64,000 nucleotides of DNA, from the NCBI GenBank assembly GCA_904063045.1, contig CAJFCJ010000029.1, forward strand, positions 531,778-595,777, written 5' to 3'. The translations under genes were made by a program, and so were the position numbers. This document shows, piece after piece, positions 39,367 to 51,613 of this stretch. The stretch is from Dimorphilus gyrociliatus. Lineage: Eukaryota; Animalia; Annelida. The notes below the pieces were generated by a model. It was not told the DNA's origin, ran no database searches, and worked only from the letters and a program-made list of their open reading frames with translations. Position 1 is the first letter of the stretch; each line of letters starts with the position of its first letter.

Positions 39367-39986
39367 CCGCTAACGTCCCAAAGTAGGGCAGATACATCAG
39401 CAGAACAGCGCTTTTCAGGGCTACCAGGAGTTCCGGTTGCTGTAGCAGAGAGGGTGTCGCTGGATAGCTCCAATGGGAGCGGTCCGACATCCGGAGTGCC
39501 ATCGGATAACCCCCACCCGGGAGGTAGTCCGGCACAGAGGAGACCAACGGCTCGGGGAACGATGCCACCAACGACGCAGATGACGATGGGTGGGGCTGTA
39601 CAAAGTAACGACGGCTCCACTTTATCCGAGCTCATGGACAAGTCTCCTGTTCGGCGTGATGGTGAGAAGGAAGACGCGGCAAAGCAGGACGCGGGCTCTT
39701 TAGCTAGCGTCCCCGCTGAAGACAACGGCCTGGATTCCGGTCTGGCAGAGGGCGCTGCGGAGGATGAGGATGCTGGCTACATGGCGAATATGTTATGTGC
39801 GGCTGATGTGCGGCTGGCCTCTCAAGAACGTCTTCTCTGCCTTCCCGCGGCCCGACGTTCCTTCCCTCCTCGTACTTTGTTTATTCCTCCTGCCGATCCT
39901 GTGTGTGTGTGTGTGTGTGTGCCTGTTTCGGATAACCTCTCTAACTCTCCCATCTCCGTTCCCGTCACCTCTACACCTGTCTCGCG
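39367..39986 (+). mobile_element. Diverged 5' fragment of the same retrotransposon family (older subfamily)
   Basis: Encodes FSGLP...QMTMGGAVQSNDGSTLSELMDKSP...PVTSTPVSR. It has 48 extra codons relative to E1. The U2 module and everything past TPVSR are missing. Confidence 0.85.
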
Positions 39987-40436
39987 ACCTGATAAGGTCG
40001 ACACAATGGATAGAGAATTTCGGGAAGGAACCTTCAATGCCCCTTCGACTGCCGAATATTATAGCCTCACATGTAGCCAACACTGCCTTCATTAAGACAG
40101 GATTGGGATTCGAATTAAAATTACTGCTTTGCCATTCACTGGAGAAGAAGCATATTCGCCTTAATTTCCATAATTCACAGATTCGACAATAACCATTCAA
40201 CTACTTCCAGAAGTTGCGAGAACACAACCACGCAATGAATAAAATTAGAACTATTACAACTTATACTCTGATAACAATAATTACAGATATTAGTGAATTT
40301 GAATGAAAAAAAACAAAAAACAACATTATAAAGAGTTTCCGAAATGGTGCCTACGTCCTGCCCACACTAGACACGGAGACAATACTACCTAATAGGATGA
40401 AATCTCCGGTTGATACCATTCAGAAATATACTGTAT

Positions 40437-42120
40437 ATCCAAAAATCAGTGTAGGATAGATGATCAAAAGATAGAAAGCTGGACGGGTCTCTCTCTGTAT
40501 GACAGAGCAATTGGACTTCCAAGAAGAAAATAGTTTTTAATTTAAAAAATAATAAGCTATTCATATATATAAATATAAAGTAAAAGTTTTATAAATATGA
40601 AAATTTAGGACCATAAAAAATCATGCCCTTGTTCGAAGCCAACATTGAAAATTTTACAAATGTCTGTCGTCAACGAAGCAGCAAATTGCGAATTCTACAA
40701 TGCGAATAATGATATGGAAGGTAAAGAGAGTTTCTTATACGTAGTCAACACTTTGAATTTTCATTACGGTGTTTCTTCACTATCTGGAGGAAACGCCCTA
40801 GAACGAATGTTCAACAAAACAACAACGTTTCGACGTGACAATGAACTCGATTGGAACAAATTCAAGACACTTGTCCTTCTTTCAAATCTACCTTTAAACA
40901 GAGATTGTGCAAAATACGAAAAATTTACGTAATATATCGCAAGATTACCTCCATTATCAGAACACAAACATCTATTTGTGTTCTCACCTACCCCGACAAC
41001 TTCATTTCAGTCATAACGCGATTGGGCCTAGCTATAGCAAGAACTATCAACAGTATCTTCATATGTTACGTGTATTGTCAGCCATTCACTTTTTTCCATC
41101 AATTCTTTTCACATTATTAGCCGCATTCTAGGCGTTATTTTCAGTCACTACTAGATCATAACCCCCCCCCCCCTATTACCTTTAATGCTCCTACACTGCA
41201 GAAAATGCTCTGGCTGTCCGGAATGACCATTATGCCATTTTCTAATACTCTCACACTTCCGGCAATAAACTCCCTAATATCGCTCACATTTCCGAATTCT
41301 TTTTTTGGAATCTTAGTGGTAATGAACTAAAAAAGTTTCTTTGACCTCCACGTTGTCAAAGGTCAAAGTGTTGTAGTGTCTGCTTTAATTTCGATTTGTT
41401 CGTAATACAGGACAACCCCTTAAATTTCCTTTCATTCTTCGTAAATATAATTATATTTCAAACTATTAAAACTGGTGCACTTTTGACTACTTGGCGCACT
41501 ATTTTTTACGGAGTGATCCCTGTCTCTACTTCCAGTAGACATAAATGTATTGCCGAAATTTGTATCGCCCTCGTAACCTCAAGAAAAGACTACAGAGATT
41601 AATACCTTTTTTCGATTTTCCAAGAATTCCTGCAATAAGTAGTTTGTGTTTCCATTTATCGTGGTTTTACGAAGATGTTTATTTATGTTCTTTTTCACCT
41701 TTCTTTTCGATCAGAGTGTTAGTGGCAAATAAAGCATTCAACACCAACCTGTTGATCATGACTATCCACCAACCAATGGGTTTAGCGGAGTGTTTTTGAA
41801 AGTAAGAGTACATACGAAAGTCTTTATTGATGAGTCGGATAATTGGGTTCTTCTCATCTTTATATACTGTAATTTCTCAAAGTCAGCTTGTCCTCAATCA
41901 AATCTTATAACGATTACTTAGAAAATAAGAAAATTCAAACATAAAAAAGCACTTGAACGAAACTTTATAAAAAAAAAGGAATGATAGTCTTACATTTTAA
42001 AGTTTACGAAAATTAAACGTTAAAATTACAAAATGTACAAGTATCACTTCTTTCATATTTCACTAAATTTAGAGAAAATATTAAGACTCGGCGAAAAGGA
42101 ATTAATGACGCCATCTACAA
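40437..42120 (+). repeat. Diverged duplicate of the long-spacer/upstream region (about 37677-39050)
   Basis: Parallel ORF-track translations (MKILQMSV.., MQNTKNLR..) at 37791/38052 and 40645/40907, plus shared AAACTGGTGCAC and GACGCCATCTAC anchors. Confidence 0.8.
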
Positions 42121-42239
42121 TTTACTGAATTTGAAAAAACAGAAAATGAATTATTGGTTAAGCAATACAATATATGTATGGAACATGGAGTGAAAAAAGA
42201 AGACTGAGCGTCGAAGGGAATTGTTCTACCAAATTGCCG

Positions 42240-43709
42240 AAAAAAGAACAATAGGCCATTGGGAGCAAGGAACCAGTCAACGGTGGAATAGTAACGCGCG
42301 AATCCGAAGAAAAAGAACTTTTGGCAGAATTGCAATATAAAGGAAGTATTTATTAATCAGGAGATAAGGTAATAATATCAGTTATTTCACCGTCACCTAA
42401 TAATTCGATGTGGTCCAAACAGAATAATGAATTTCAGCAACATCAATCAAACTTTAAACTACCCCTATTATCGCTTTTAGGAATGCAAAGTAATTACGAG
42501 TTAGAAGAGACAGAAAACAATAGTTCGAACAGACATTTGATTAATGGTTAAGCTATCGTGTATATGTTTGGAATATTTAGTGAATTGAGGAAAGAGAGAG
42601 AGAGTTCAAGGGAATTGTTCTACCAAATTGCGGATGAAAGAACGCGCGGAGGATTAACATGGATTGACTAAAGCGCAGAACATTATATGCAGAGGAGAGT
42701 GATTATAACATTCAATACATCAAAAGGAGACGTATAATGTACTGATATCTGGAGATAGAATATCGTACAGTGGATTTTAGGAAGATAAAGCAACGATAAT
42801 CCGAACTATGAAGAGGCTTCTTGCTGTTAATGTAAGTGTTAAATACCAATGCGTTGTTTCCCGCTAATAATTTGATAAAAAGGGTAAATTCAAAAACTAT
42901 AGACGCGCAAGAGATATGTCCAATGGAACCGTTAACAACGCGAATGTGAAAGGGTATGTGGATTTCGAAATAATACATAGCGAGCGTGTATAGAAACCTT
43001 CAAAACGCCGCCGCCGTTGCTTGGTTGTTATGTAGTACCAAGTGAAACCAGGAGAAATCCTGTGAAAGCTTATTGATCCTTTGACCGCAGAAAAATACCG
43101 AGAACCAATCGCGTAAGATAGTTCTAATCTACCACTATGTCCACTGGAGGCATCGCCAACACAACTACGATTTAGAAGTAGAGGACAAGACCATCTACGA
43201 CGTAGATGACAACCAAAATTTCATGATGAGGGAGTTCAGGATTGGCATGTGTGAGTGTTAATTTGATTGGAAGCGTCTAATAATAGTTGTAATGCTTTTT
43301 CCAGTTAGATGTCTGGAGATTGGGCAGTGAATAGTAAATCACCGACGTGTACTTCTGCCACTTTTTCTCCACATGCCACACGTCCACCAAATAATTATAC
43401 AAATAATAAATTATTTTTCCGCCGTCCACACTTGGCCTTCCAGAGTTTCAAGCGCTGAAGAAACGTTGATTTATAATTCTTGTTATGAAGAAAGAAAGCA
43501 ATTGTGGTTTGATTCTTCTGCAATATGATAATGCCGACATAGAAGCTTTTTTCATACTACCCGGTAGCGTGGACCATTTCTGGAACATAAATAAAAATAA
43601 ATTGTATAAGTGTACTGAAAATCCCACTTAACCTCAAAAGGACAAGAGGTTCTTTTCCCTTATATGTGCTATTGTTTTAGAGTAGAAATTTTCTTCCGTA
43701 GAAGAAAAT
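42240..43709 (-). repeat. Inverted copy of the U2 downstream spacer (about 35129-36580)
   Basis: For example, 42261 GGGAGCAAGGAACCAGTCAACGG is the reverse complement of about 36550. The MYYFEIHIPF ORF appears at 35860 (+) and 42978 (-). Confidence 0.88.
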
Positions 43710-43856
43710 GGGCCAAACTTGGAGGTACTGCTATACCAAGTCAACCCGTGAGAAAACTTAAGCAAGCTTAATGCTTTCTCTGAAGACAAAAATACTGTTA
43801 ACCATATTAGATAACACAGTGTGTTATCAGTTAGCGGTTAAACTAACTAGAACAGA
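43710..43856 (-). pseudogene. U2: Displaced 3' part (nt 40-186) of host U2-A
   Basis: Reverse complement of 34982-35128. Confidence 0.95.
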
Positions 43857-44159
43857 TATATTTAAATGTATTATACAGGTAAAAGGAGGAGACAGTGTTT
43901 TTCAAATGCAGGATGAATGGCATAGAGGAAGTTAGGTAAACAAAAAAGGGGTAAAAGTGACATAGACGACGGGAGTTAAAGGCCATTGTGGACCAACAGG
44001 AACCGGCACATGAGTAACAAATAGCAGAATTAGGTAATAGTATGGTAGCAAGGGAAAAGGGGTAAATCCCAGTGACACAGGCACTTTACAATAAATGACG
44101 ACACCCTTAATATATCACAGACACATAACGAACGAATAAACAATTAATAGCCAACAATT

Positions 44160-47100
44160 TTAATGACCGTTAATGTGCGCGTCGTAGGCGTCCTTTGAGC
44201 CACGAATCGCTTCCGCCACGCACAGCTGGGACAGCATACCCCGGTAGGCGAACGCTATGCCCAGAGCCCGAAAAACCCTGGAGTTCCCCTTGCACCAGGC
44301 GCCCAAAGACCCAACAGCAAATGGTAGAATCTCTACTGCTTTGCCTTGTCCCTCCAGCTCCGTTTTCAAGACCGCGTACTTATTGACCTTCTCCTGGGCA
44401 GCACGAGCAAGGGCGCCAGGCCTCTCAAAGGGGACCGTGACGTCGATAAGCACCACCCTGTCATCCGCGCTCCTAATAACTATATCAGGGCGAAGGGCAG
44501 TGGAGGATTCGGGCAACGCCCTGTTTACCGTAATGGTGGAACCGGGCGCCAGGCGGGCACCTTTGACCAGACGATCCTGGATGGCGTTATGGCGATCGCC
44601 GTACAGGCCATACCCAGTACGGCAGTTGTTTAGGACATGCCGCACTGATTCCACTTGGAAGTGACAACGCCTGCAATCAGGCCTAACCCGGGCACTGTAT
44701 CTGGACTTGACTGCATTGATCCGGAGGAGACCCAACCGAGCCCGAAAGATGAATCGATAGTCCTTATACCGCAAGCCGAAGCCGGTGTAGAGGAAATGGT
44801 TGGAGACAGGGTGCAAGCAGGTGTCCTGAAAGGACCTGCCCTGCTCCGCCAATTTAACGAACTCTCTTACACTGAGCTCCGTAACCGCCGACCTAAGTAA
44901 TGGGAAAGGTTCGTGGGTGCGACGGATACGGATAGCTAAGGGTTCAAGGTTGCGTTCATCATCCCCAAACGACAATTCCTGCCAGTTGGATTGGACCTCG
45001 TGGCGAAATTGCGGCTGGTTTTGGTGCCAACTCCTACTCACCGTGGCGGTAATGGTAGGCGTAAGGGCGTCATCGAGGTGCCATTCAAGATTTATGGATT
45101 TATGCAAGCGCCTGGAAGCCGACCTAGTGACTGACATCACCGTCTGAGCGGAAGAGGAGGAAGAGGAGAAAGGAGGAGTCGTTGACCCATTAAGGTAAGA
45201 GGCCAAAACAACACCTGTAAGAGCGGTGCCGCGAGCCACTCTGGCCTTAGCGGCCTTAACGAGAGTTGCGCAGGCGATAAAGCGGATGGTAGGGTCCTCC
45301 GATTTAAGGAGTTGAAAAGTATGTCCTACACGGGCTATGTCAACCTCTACCCTAGTGGGGATTAGGCCGACACCGCCCATTTTAGCGGGAGCGGCAAAGA
45401 ACGACCTAGCGGCGTTGTTTGTGGTGGCTATGGCGGTACGAATAGCGCGAATAACCACCGAATCGAGGTCCGCTAGTTCCTCCTTAAGGAAACGGTGGGT
45501 TCGCAGTGCGAACTGAATACGGGGGAGAATGAAGGCCTTGATGGAGGACACCTTTTGCCAGGGCGCGAGGTTGGACTCCATAGTAAGCCGAAGAAGGGAG
45601 CGGATCCTCTCAATCACCCCATCATCCTTGAGAAGCTCCTTCCTAAAGCCAATGGGCGTGCCCAGATAGGTGTAGGTCTCCTCAAGGCCTAGCGCCTTAA
45701 TAGGTTCGTTAGCCACGAATAGGGGGGTCGGGTCGGCGACTCCACGATGGAGGCACAAGGTAGCGCATTTACGCGGAGCAAATTTTAGGTTTGCCAGACC
45801 AGCCGACCGCTCGGCAACATTGAGGAGGTGTTGCAGACCACGGCGGGAGTTTGCGACCACCACAAGGTCATCGGCATAGGCTAGGCCGCAAATGGATACG
45901 GACCTTAGGCCAAGGACAGCCGCCTGGGCGGCGATCTTGAACCCATCTCTGTCTTTGGAGGCGTTAACACTACGTAGAGCTCCCTCAAAGCAGAGATTAA
46001 AGAGGAAGGGGCTGAGACCGTCGCCCTGCCTAACACCTTTGTGGATGGAAATGGGTGCTGTGCAACCTTCCGTCGTGATAACCTCCGTAGTGGCGTTGGT
46101 GTATACGTTCCGGATAAGGTTAACGAGACTGGGCGGCACTCCTACGTGGGACAACATGTCGAAGATAACGCAATGGGGGATAGAGGGGAAGGCTTGCGCA
46201 ATATCAACGAATCCGAGGCAGATGCGCTTATCACTACGTTTGGCCTCGTCAAGCGCCGAGGTCAAGGCAAAGTTGTGCTCGAAGACACCGGGGGCCGTAG
46301 TAAACCCCCTTTGCTCCTTGCTAAGGATATCATTGTCTCTGGCCCATCTACTCAGACGCCGGGCCAGCAGACTACTAAAAAGTTTGTAGATGGTAGAGAG
46401 GAGGGCAATAGGCCTACAGTTGGCCGGCAGCGAAGGGTCGAGATCCTTTTTGGGGATCATTATAGTGCGAGACCGCTTCAGACAGGAGGGAATCTGTCCA
46501 TGTCGCCAGAACAACCTGTAAAAAGCCCTGAGGGTTAAGCCTTTCGGATCGAATTTCTTAAGATCCTTGTAGGTGATGCCGTCAAGACCGGGAGCAGAGT
46601 TGTTGGTTCGCTTAAGCTGGCCAACAATCTCAGCGCGGGATGGGGGACGGAGCAAGGGGTGATTAGGGTCGGTCAATTCTATGCCGTCGATGGTCCTACT
46701 TTCGAGGTTAAAGGTATCGGGGGTGAAAGCAGGGGGGATTTCATTGGCGAGTTGAACGTCCTCTGGGTCAGGCGGTGGGGCCGCGGCCGGAAGAAACTCC
46801 CTATCGGGAGACCACTGATATGAAGGAGGAGGTGGGGCGACCGATTCGATAAAGAAAGAGGTCATATCTTCAATGGAAGCAGAACACTTGGTCTCCTCAG
46901 GGTTAGCGATACGGCGGAAAGTGCTAGCCGGATTACGCTTGTAGGCCCTTTGGATATTAGTAGCCGCTTGCCATTGATTGTTAGCCGCATTCGGAGGGGG
47001 GCGAGCAAAGTTCCTATTCGCGAATCTATTACCAGTACCCTCATGCACCCTGGACTTGGCGTTGGAGATGGCGAGAACCCAGGCGTCGAAAACTTCTTCT

Positions 47101-47216
47101 ACGCGGGACCATTCGGACTGACTTCCAATAATCTTGGGGGCAAACTCAGTTAGGATAGCGGCAGCGAAACTCGAAAGTTGCTCCTCGCGTTCGCGTTCAA
47201 GCTGTTGATGGGACAC
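44160..47216 (-). CDS. Uninterrupted RT-CCHC-RLE frame of E2 (1018 codons, no zinc fingers, out of frame with the 5' ATG)
   Basis: ORF track. The frame opens at GTG, not ATG. The upstream ORF 47242-47889 stops three codons after the splice junction. Confidence 0.75.
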   Translation of the reverse strand: MSHQQLEREREEQLSSFAAAILTEFAPKIIGSQSEWSRVEEVFDAWVLAISNAKSRVHEGTGNRFANRNFARPPPNAANNQWQAATNIQRAYKRNPASTFRRIANPEETKCSASIEDMTSFFIESVAPPPPSYQWSPDREFLPAAAPPPDPEDVQLANEIPPAFTPDTFNLESRTIDGIELTDPNHPLLRPPSRAEIVGQLKRTNNSAPGLDGITYKDLKKFDPKGLTLRAFYRLFWRHGQIPSCLKRSRTIMIPKKDLDPSLPANCRPIALLSTIYKLFSSLLARRLSRWARDNDILSKEQRGFTTAPGVFEHNFALTSALDEAKRSDKRICLGFVDIAQAFPSIPHCVIFDMLSHVGVPPSLVNLIRNVYTNATTEVITTEGCTAPISIHKGVRQGDGLSPFLFNLCFEGALRSVNASKDRDGFKIAAQAAVLGLRSVSICGLAYADDLVVVANSRRGLQHLLNVAERSAGLANLKFAPRKCATLCLHRGVADPTPLFVANEPIKALGLEETYTYLGTPIGFRKELLKDDGVIERIRSLLRLTMESNLAPWQKVSSIKAFILPRIQFALRTHRFLKEELADLDSVVIRAIRTAIATTNNAARSFFAAPAKMGGVGLIPTRVEVDIARVGHTFQLLKSEDPTIRFIACATLVKAAKARVARGTALTGVVLASYLNGSTTPPFSSSSSSAQTVMSVTRSASRRLHKSINLEWHLDDALTPTITATVSRSWHQNQPQFRHEVQSNWQELSFGDDERNLEPLAIRIRRTHEPFPLLRSAVTELSVREFVKLAEQGRSFQDTCLHPVSNHFLYTGFGLRYKDYRFIFRARLGLLRINAVKSRYSARVRPDCRRCHFQVESVRHVLNNCRTGYGLYGDRHNAIQDRLVKGARLAPGSTITVNRALPESSTALRPDIVIRSADDRVVLIDVTVPFERPGALARAAQEKVNKYAVLKTELEGQGKAVEILPFAVGSLGAWCKGNSRVFRALGIAFAYRGMLSQLCVAEAIRGSKDAYDAHINGH

Positions 47217-47898
47217 GTGCGCAGGGGGAGGGGACGAGGGGTCAGTGAGGAGACCTCAACGAAACCGGATCAGCAGTAGAAGAAGAGGAAGAGAGGACGG
47301 CAGAGCGGGCACCCAGAACCGAAGAGGAAGAAGATGCAGCCGTAGTAGCAGTGGTAGTAGAGGTAGTAGAGGTAGAAGAGGGGGAGGGAGAACCGGTAAT
47401 GTCCATAACACGCGAGACAGGTGTAGAGGTGACGGGAACGGAGATGGGAGAGTTAGAGAGGATATCCGAAACAGGCACACACACACACACAGGATCGGCA
47501 GGGGGAATAAACAAAGAACGAGGAGGGAAGGAGCGTCGGGCCGCGGGAAGGCAGAGAAGACGTTCTTGAGAGGCCAGCCGCACATCAGCCGCACATAACA
47601 TATCCGCCATGTATCCAGCATCCTCGTCCTCTGCAGCGCCCACTGCCGGACCAAAGTCCAGGCCGTTGTCTTCCGCGGGGACGCTAGCTAAAGAGCCCGC
47701 ATCCTGCTTTGCCGCGTCTTCCATCTCGTCATCACGCCGAACAGGAGACTTGTCCATGAGCTCAGATAGAGTGGAGCCGTCGTTACTTTGTACAGCCCTA
47801 CCCATCGTCATCTGCTCCTCCGGTAGCCCTGAAAAGGGCTGTTTTGTAACTGTTCCACCTTGGGAGGTCTTAAGTGAGGCCTTCTCCATTGAGAAGAA

Positions 47899-48047
47899 GG
47901 GCCGAACTTGGAGGTACTGCTAGACCAAGTCAACCCAAGGATTCTTCGAAGCAAGCTTCTAGGAACCCAGACCACACAAAAATCCCGTAATCGTTATTAA
48001 GGCAACCCAATGGATTGCCAGCTAGCGATTAAACTAACTAGAACAGA
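47899..48047 (-). ncRNA. U2: Element-borne U2-B module (nt 40-188) of E2, promoterless, preceded directly by the E3 3' end
   Basis: TCTGTTCTAGTTAGTTTAATCGCTAGC...GGCCC follows ...TTTAAATAAC of E3. Confidence 0.9.
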
Positions 48048-49879
48048 GTTATTTAAATGTATTATACAGGTAAAAGGAGGAGACAGTGTTTTTCAAATGC
48101 AGGATGAATGGCATAGAGGAAGTTAGGTAAACAAAAAGAAGGGGTAAAAGTGACATAGACGACAGGAGTTAAAGGCCAATGTGGACCAACAGGAACCGGC
48201 ACATGAGTAACAAATAGCAGAATTAGGAAATAGTATGGAAGCAAGGGAAAAGGGGTAAATCCCAGTGACAGAGGCACTTTACAATAATTTACGACACCCT
48301 TAATATATCACAGACACATAACGAACGAATAAACAATTAATAGCCAGTAATTTTAATGACCGTTAATGTGCGCGTCGTAGGCGTCCTTTGAGCCACGAAT
48401 CGCTTCCGCCACGCACAGCTGGGACAGCATACCCCGGTAGGCGAACGCTATGCCCAGAGCCCGAAAGACCTTGGAGTTCCCCCTGCACCAGGCGCCCAAA
48501 GAACCAACAGCAAATGGTAGAATCTCTACTGCCTTGTCTTGTCCCTCCAGCTCCGTTTTCAAGACCGCATACTTGTTGATCTTCTCCTGGGCAGCGCGAG
48601 CAAGGGCGCCAGGCCTTTCAAAGGGGACCGTGACGTCGATCAGCACCACCCTGTCATCCGCGCTCCTAATCACTATATCAGGGCGAAGGGCAGTGGAGGA
48701 TTCGGGCAACGCCCTGTTTACCGTAATGGTGGAACCGGGCGCCAGGCGGGCACCTTTGACCAGACGATCCTGGATGGCGTTATGGCGATCACCGTACAGG
48801 CCATACCCAGTACGGCAGTTGTTTAGGACATGCCGCACTGATTCCACTTGGAAGTGACAACGCCTGCAATCAGGCCTAACCCGGGCACTGTATCTGGACT
48901 TGACTGCATTGATCTGGAGAAGACCCAACCGAGCCCGAAAGATGAATCGGTAGTCCTTATACCGCAAGCCGAAGCCGGTGTAGAGGAAATGGTTGGAGAC
49001 AGGGTGCAAGCAGGTGTCCTGAAAGGACCTGCCCTGCTCCGCCAATTTAGCGAACTCTCTTACATTGAGCTCCGTGACCGCCGACCCTCAACGAAACCGG
49101 ATCAGCAGTAGAAGAAGAGGAAGAGAGGACGGCAGAGGGGGCATCCAGAACCGAAGAGGAAGAAGATGCAGCCGTAGTAGCAGTGGTAGTAGAGGTAGTA
49201 GAGGTAGAAGAGGGGGAGGGAGAACCGGTAATGTCCATAACACGCGAGACAGGTGTAGAGGTGACGGGAACGGAGATGGGAGAGTTAGAGAGGTTATCCG
49301 AAACAGGCACACACACACACACAGGATCGGCAGGGGGAATAAACAAAGAACGAGGAGGGAAGGAGCGTCGGGCCGCGGGAAGGCAGAGAAGACGTTCTTG
49401 AGAGGCCAGCCGCACATCAGCCGCACATAACATATCCGCCATGTATCCAGCATCCTCGTCCTCTGCAGCGCCCACTGCCGGACCAAAGTCCAGGCCGTTG
49501 TGTTCCGCGGGGACGCTAGCTAAAGAGCCCGCATCCTGCTTTGCCGCGTCTTCCATCTCGTCCTCACGTCGAACAGGAGACTTGTCCATGAGCTCAGATA
49601 GAGAGGAGCCGTCGTTACTTTGTACAGCCCTGCCCATCGTCATCTGCTCCTCCGGTAGCCCTGAAAAGGGCTGTTTTGTAACTGTTCCACCTTGGGAGGT
49701 CTTAAGTGAGGCCTTCTCCATTGAGAAGAAGGGCCGAACTTGGAGGTACTGCTAGACCAAGTCAACCCAAGGATTCTTCGAAGCAAGCTTCTAGGAACCC
49801 AGACCACACAAAAATCCCGTAATCGTTATTAAGGCAACCCAATGGATTGCCAGCTAGCGATTAAACTAACTAGAACAGA
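48048..49879 (-). mobile_element. Retrotransposon copy E3, spliced isoform 2 (lacks the equivalent of 29800-33931), non-autonomous, 1832 bp
   Basis: The junction GAGG|GTCGGC at 49086/49085 joins the same donor to the CTTAG acceptor. RT is absent. The RLE-coding tail and 3' UTR are retained. Confidence 0.92.
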
Positions 49880-49918
49880 TACTACACTTTGATCTTAGCC
49901 AAAAGGCCGAGAAGCGAT
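49731..49918 (-). ncRNA. U2: Chimeric full-length U2 gene (host nt 1-39 plus U2-B of E3)
   Basis: 188 nt with the host upstream region at 49919 onward. Two substitutions versus E1 U2-B, both at unpaired positions. Confidence 0.92.
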
Positions 49919-51613
49919 AACATCCATCTTTTCATCAGTTTTTTTATGCGTTTCGAGCCTATTTCCGTTACTTTTTGTCCCTGCGATTCGAAATTTAGAA
50001 CCTTTTTGTAGTACTATCTTATTTTCATAAACGCACGGAGCGGTTTTCGCCTCACATTGATTTAGAATTTTTGTGAAATATTTTTTCATTGCTAATTCAA
50101 AAATGTTAGAACGACTAGATTATTGAGAATAGGTCACTAACTGCTTTGTTTTTAAAATTTGGTAGCACTTTGAAGTTTCCTTTTACAAACGGTAGACGGC
50201 GTCTTTTGCAAATTCAGTAATTTGTAGATGGCGTATGATGGCATTTTTAACGGATGCTTATGTCTGTAGATGGCGTATCTTTCCAATTTATCAGTCGTTA
50301 TTTATCTGGTAGATGGCGTCATTATTCCTTTTTCTCGTGTACTAATATTATCTTTAAATTTAGTGAAATAGGAAAGAAGTGATACTTATACTTTTTGAAA
50401 TTTACAGTTTAATCTTCAAAAATTTTTAACTGTATCAAGATTATCATTCGGTTTTTTTTCTAAAGTTTCATTTAAGTGGTTTTTTATTTTTGAATTCTGT
50501 TATTTTGTAATTAATCTTTATAAAATTCGATTTAGAACAGTTTGACTTTAAAGAATTACAGTATATAGATACCAGATAGACCGAATTATCCGACTCATCA
50601 ATAAAAAGTTTTGTTTGTACTCCAGTCTTTTCTAGGGGTTACAAGGGCGATACAAATTTCGGCGATACATTTATATCTACTGGAAGTGGAGGCAGGGATC
50701 ACTCCGGTAAAAAATAGTGCGCCAAGTAGTCAAAAGTGCACCAGTTTTACCAATGCGTTGTTTCCCGCTAATAATTTGATAAAAAGGGTAAATTCAAAAA
50801 CTATAGACGCGCAAGAGATATGTCCAATGGAACCGTTAACAACGCGAATGTGAAAGGGTATGTGGATTTCGAAATAATACATAGCGAGCGTGTATAGAAA
50901 CCTTCAAAACGCCGCCGCCGTTGCTTGGTTGTTATGTAGTACCAAGTGAAACCAGGAGAAATCCTGTGAAAGCTTATTGATCCTTTGACCGCAGAAAAAT
51001 ACCGAGAACCAATCGCGTAAGATAGTTCTAATCTACCACTATGTCCACTGGAGGCATCGCCAACACAACTACGATTTAGAAGTAGAGGACAAGACCATCT
51101 ACGACGTAGATGACAACCAAAATTTCATGATGAGGGAGTTCAGGATTGGCATGTGTGAGTGTTAACTTGATTGGAAGCGTCTAATAATAGTTGTAATGCT
51201 TTTTCCAGTTAGATGTCTGGAGATTGGGCAGTGAATAGTAAATCACCGACGTGTACTTCTGCCACTTTTTCTCCACATGCCACACGTCCACCAGATAATT
51301 ATACAAATAATAAATTATTTTTCCGCCGTCCACACTTGGCCTTCCAGAGTTTCAAGCGCTGAAGAAACGTTGATTTATAATTCTTGTTATGAAGAAAGAA
51401 AGCAATTGTGGTTTGATTCTTCTGCAATATGATAATGCCGACGTAGAAGCTTTTTTCATACTACCCGGTAGCGTGGACCATTTCTGGAACATAAATAAAA
51501 ATAAATTGTATAAATGTACTGAAAATCCCACTTAACCTCAAAAGGACAAGAGGTTCTTTTCCCTTATATGTGCTATTGTTTTAGAGTAGAAATTTTCTTC
51601 CGTAGAAGAAAAT
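49919..51613 (-). repeat. U2 array spacer, short unit, inverted orientation
   Basis: Reverse complement of about 27277-28966. The proximal part carries the SNP type seen at 38612-39366. Confidence 0.9.

Larger units (their letters stand above)
43857..48047 (-). mobile_element. Retrotransposon copy E2, spliced isoform 1 (lacks the equivalent of 29800-31571)
   Basis: Has the U2-B 5' module and the 3' UTR. The junction GAGG|TCTCCT at 47254/47253 is the exact join of the GTGAGT donor and the AACAG acceptor. Confidence 0.92.
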
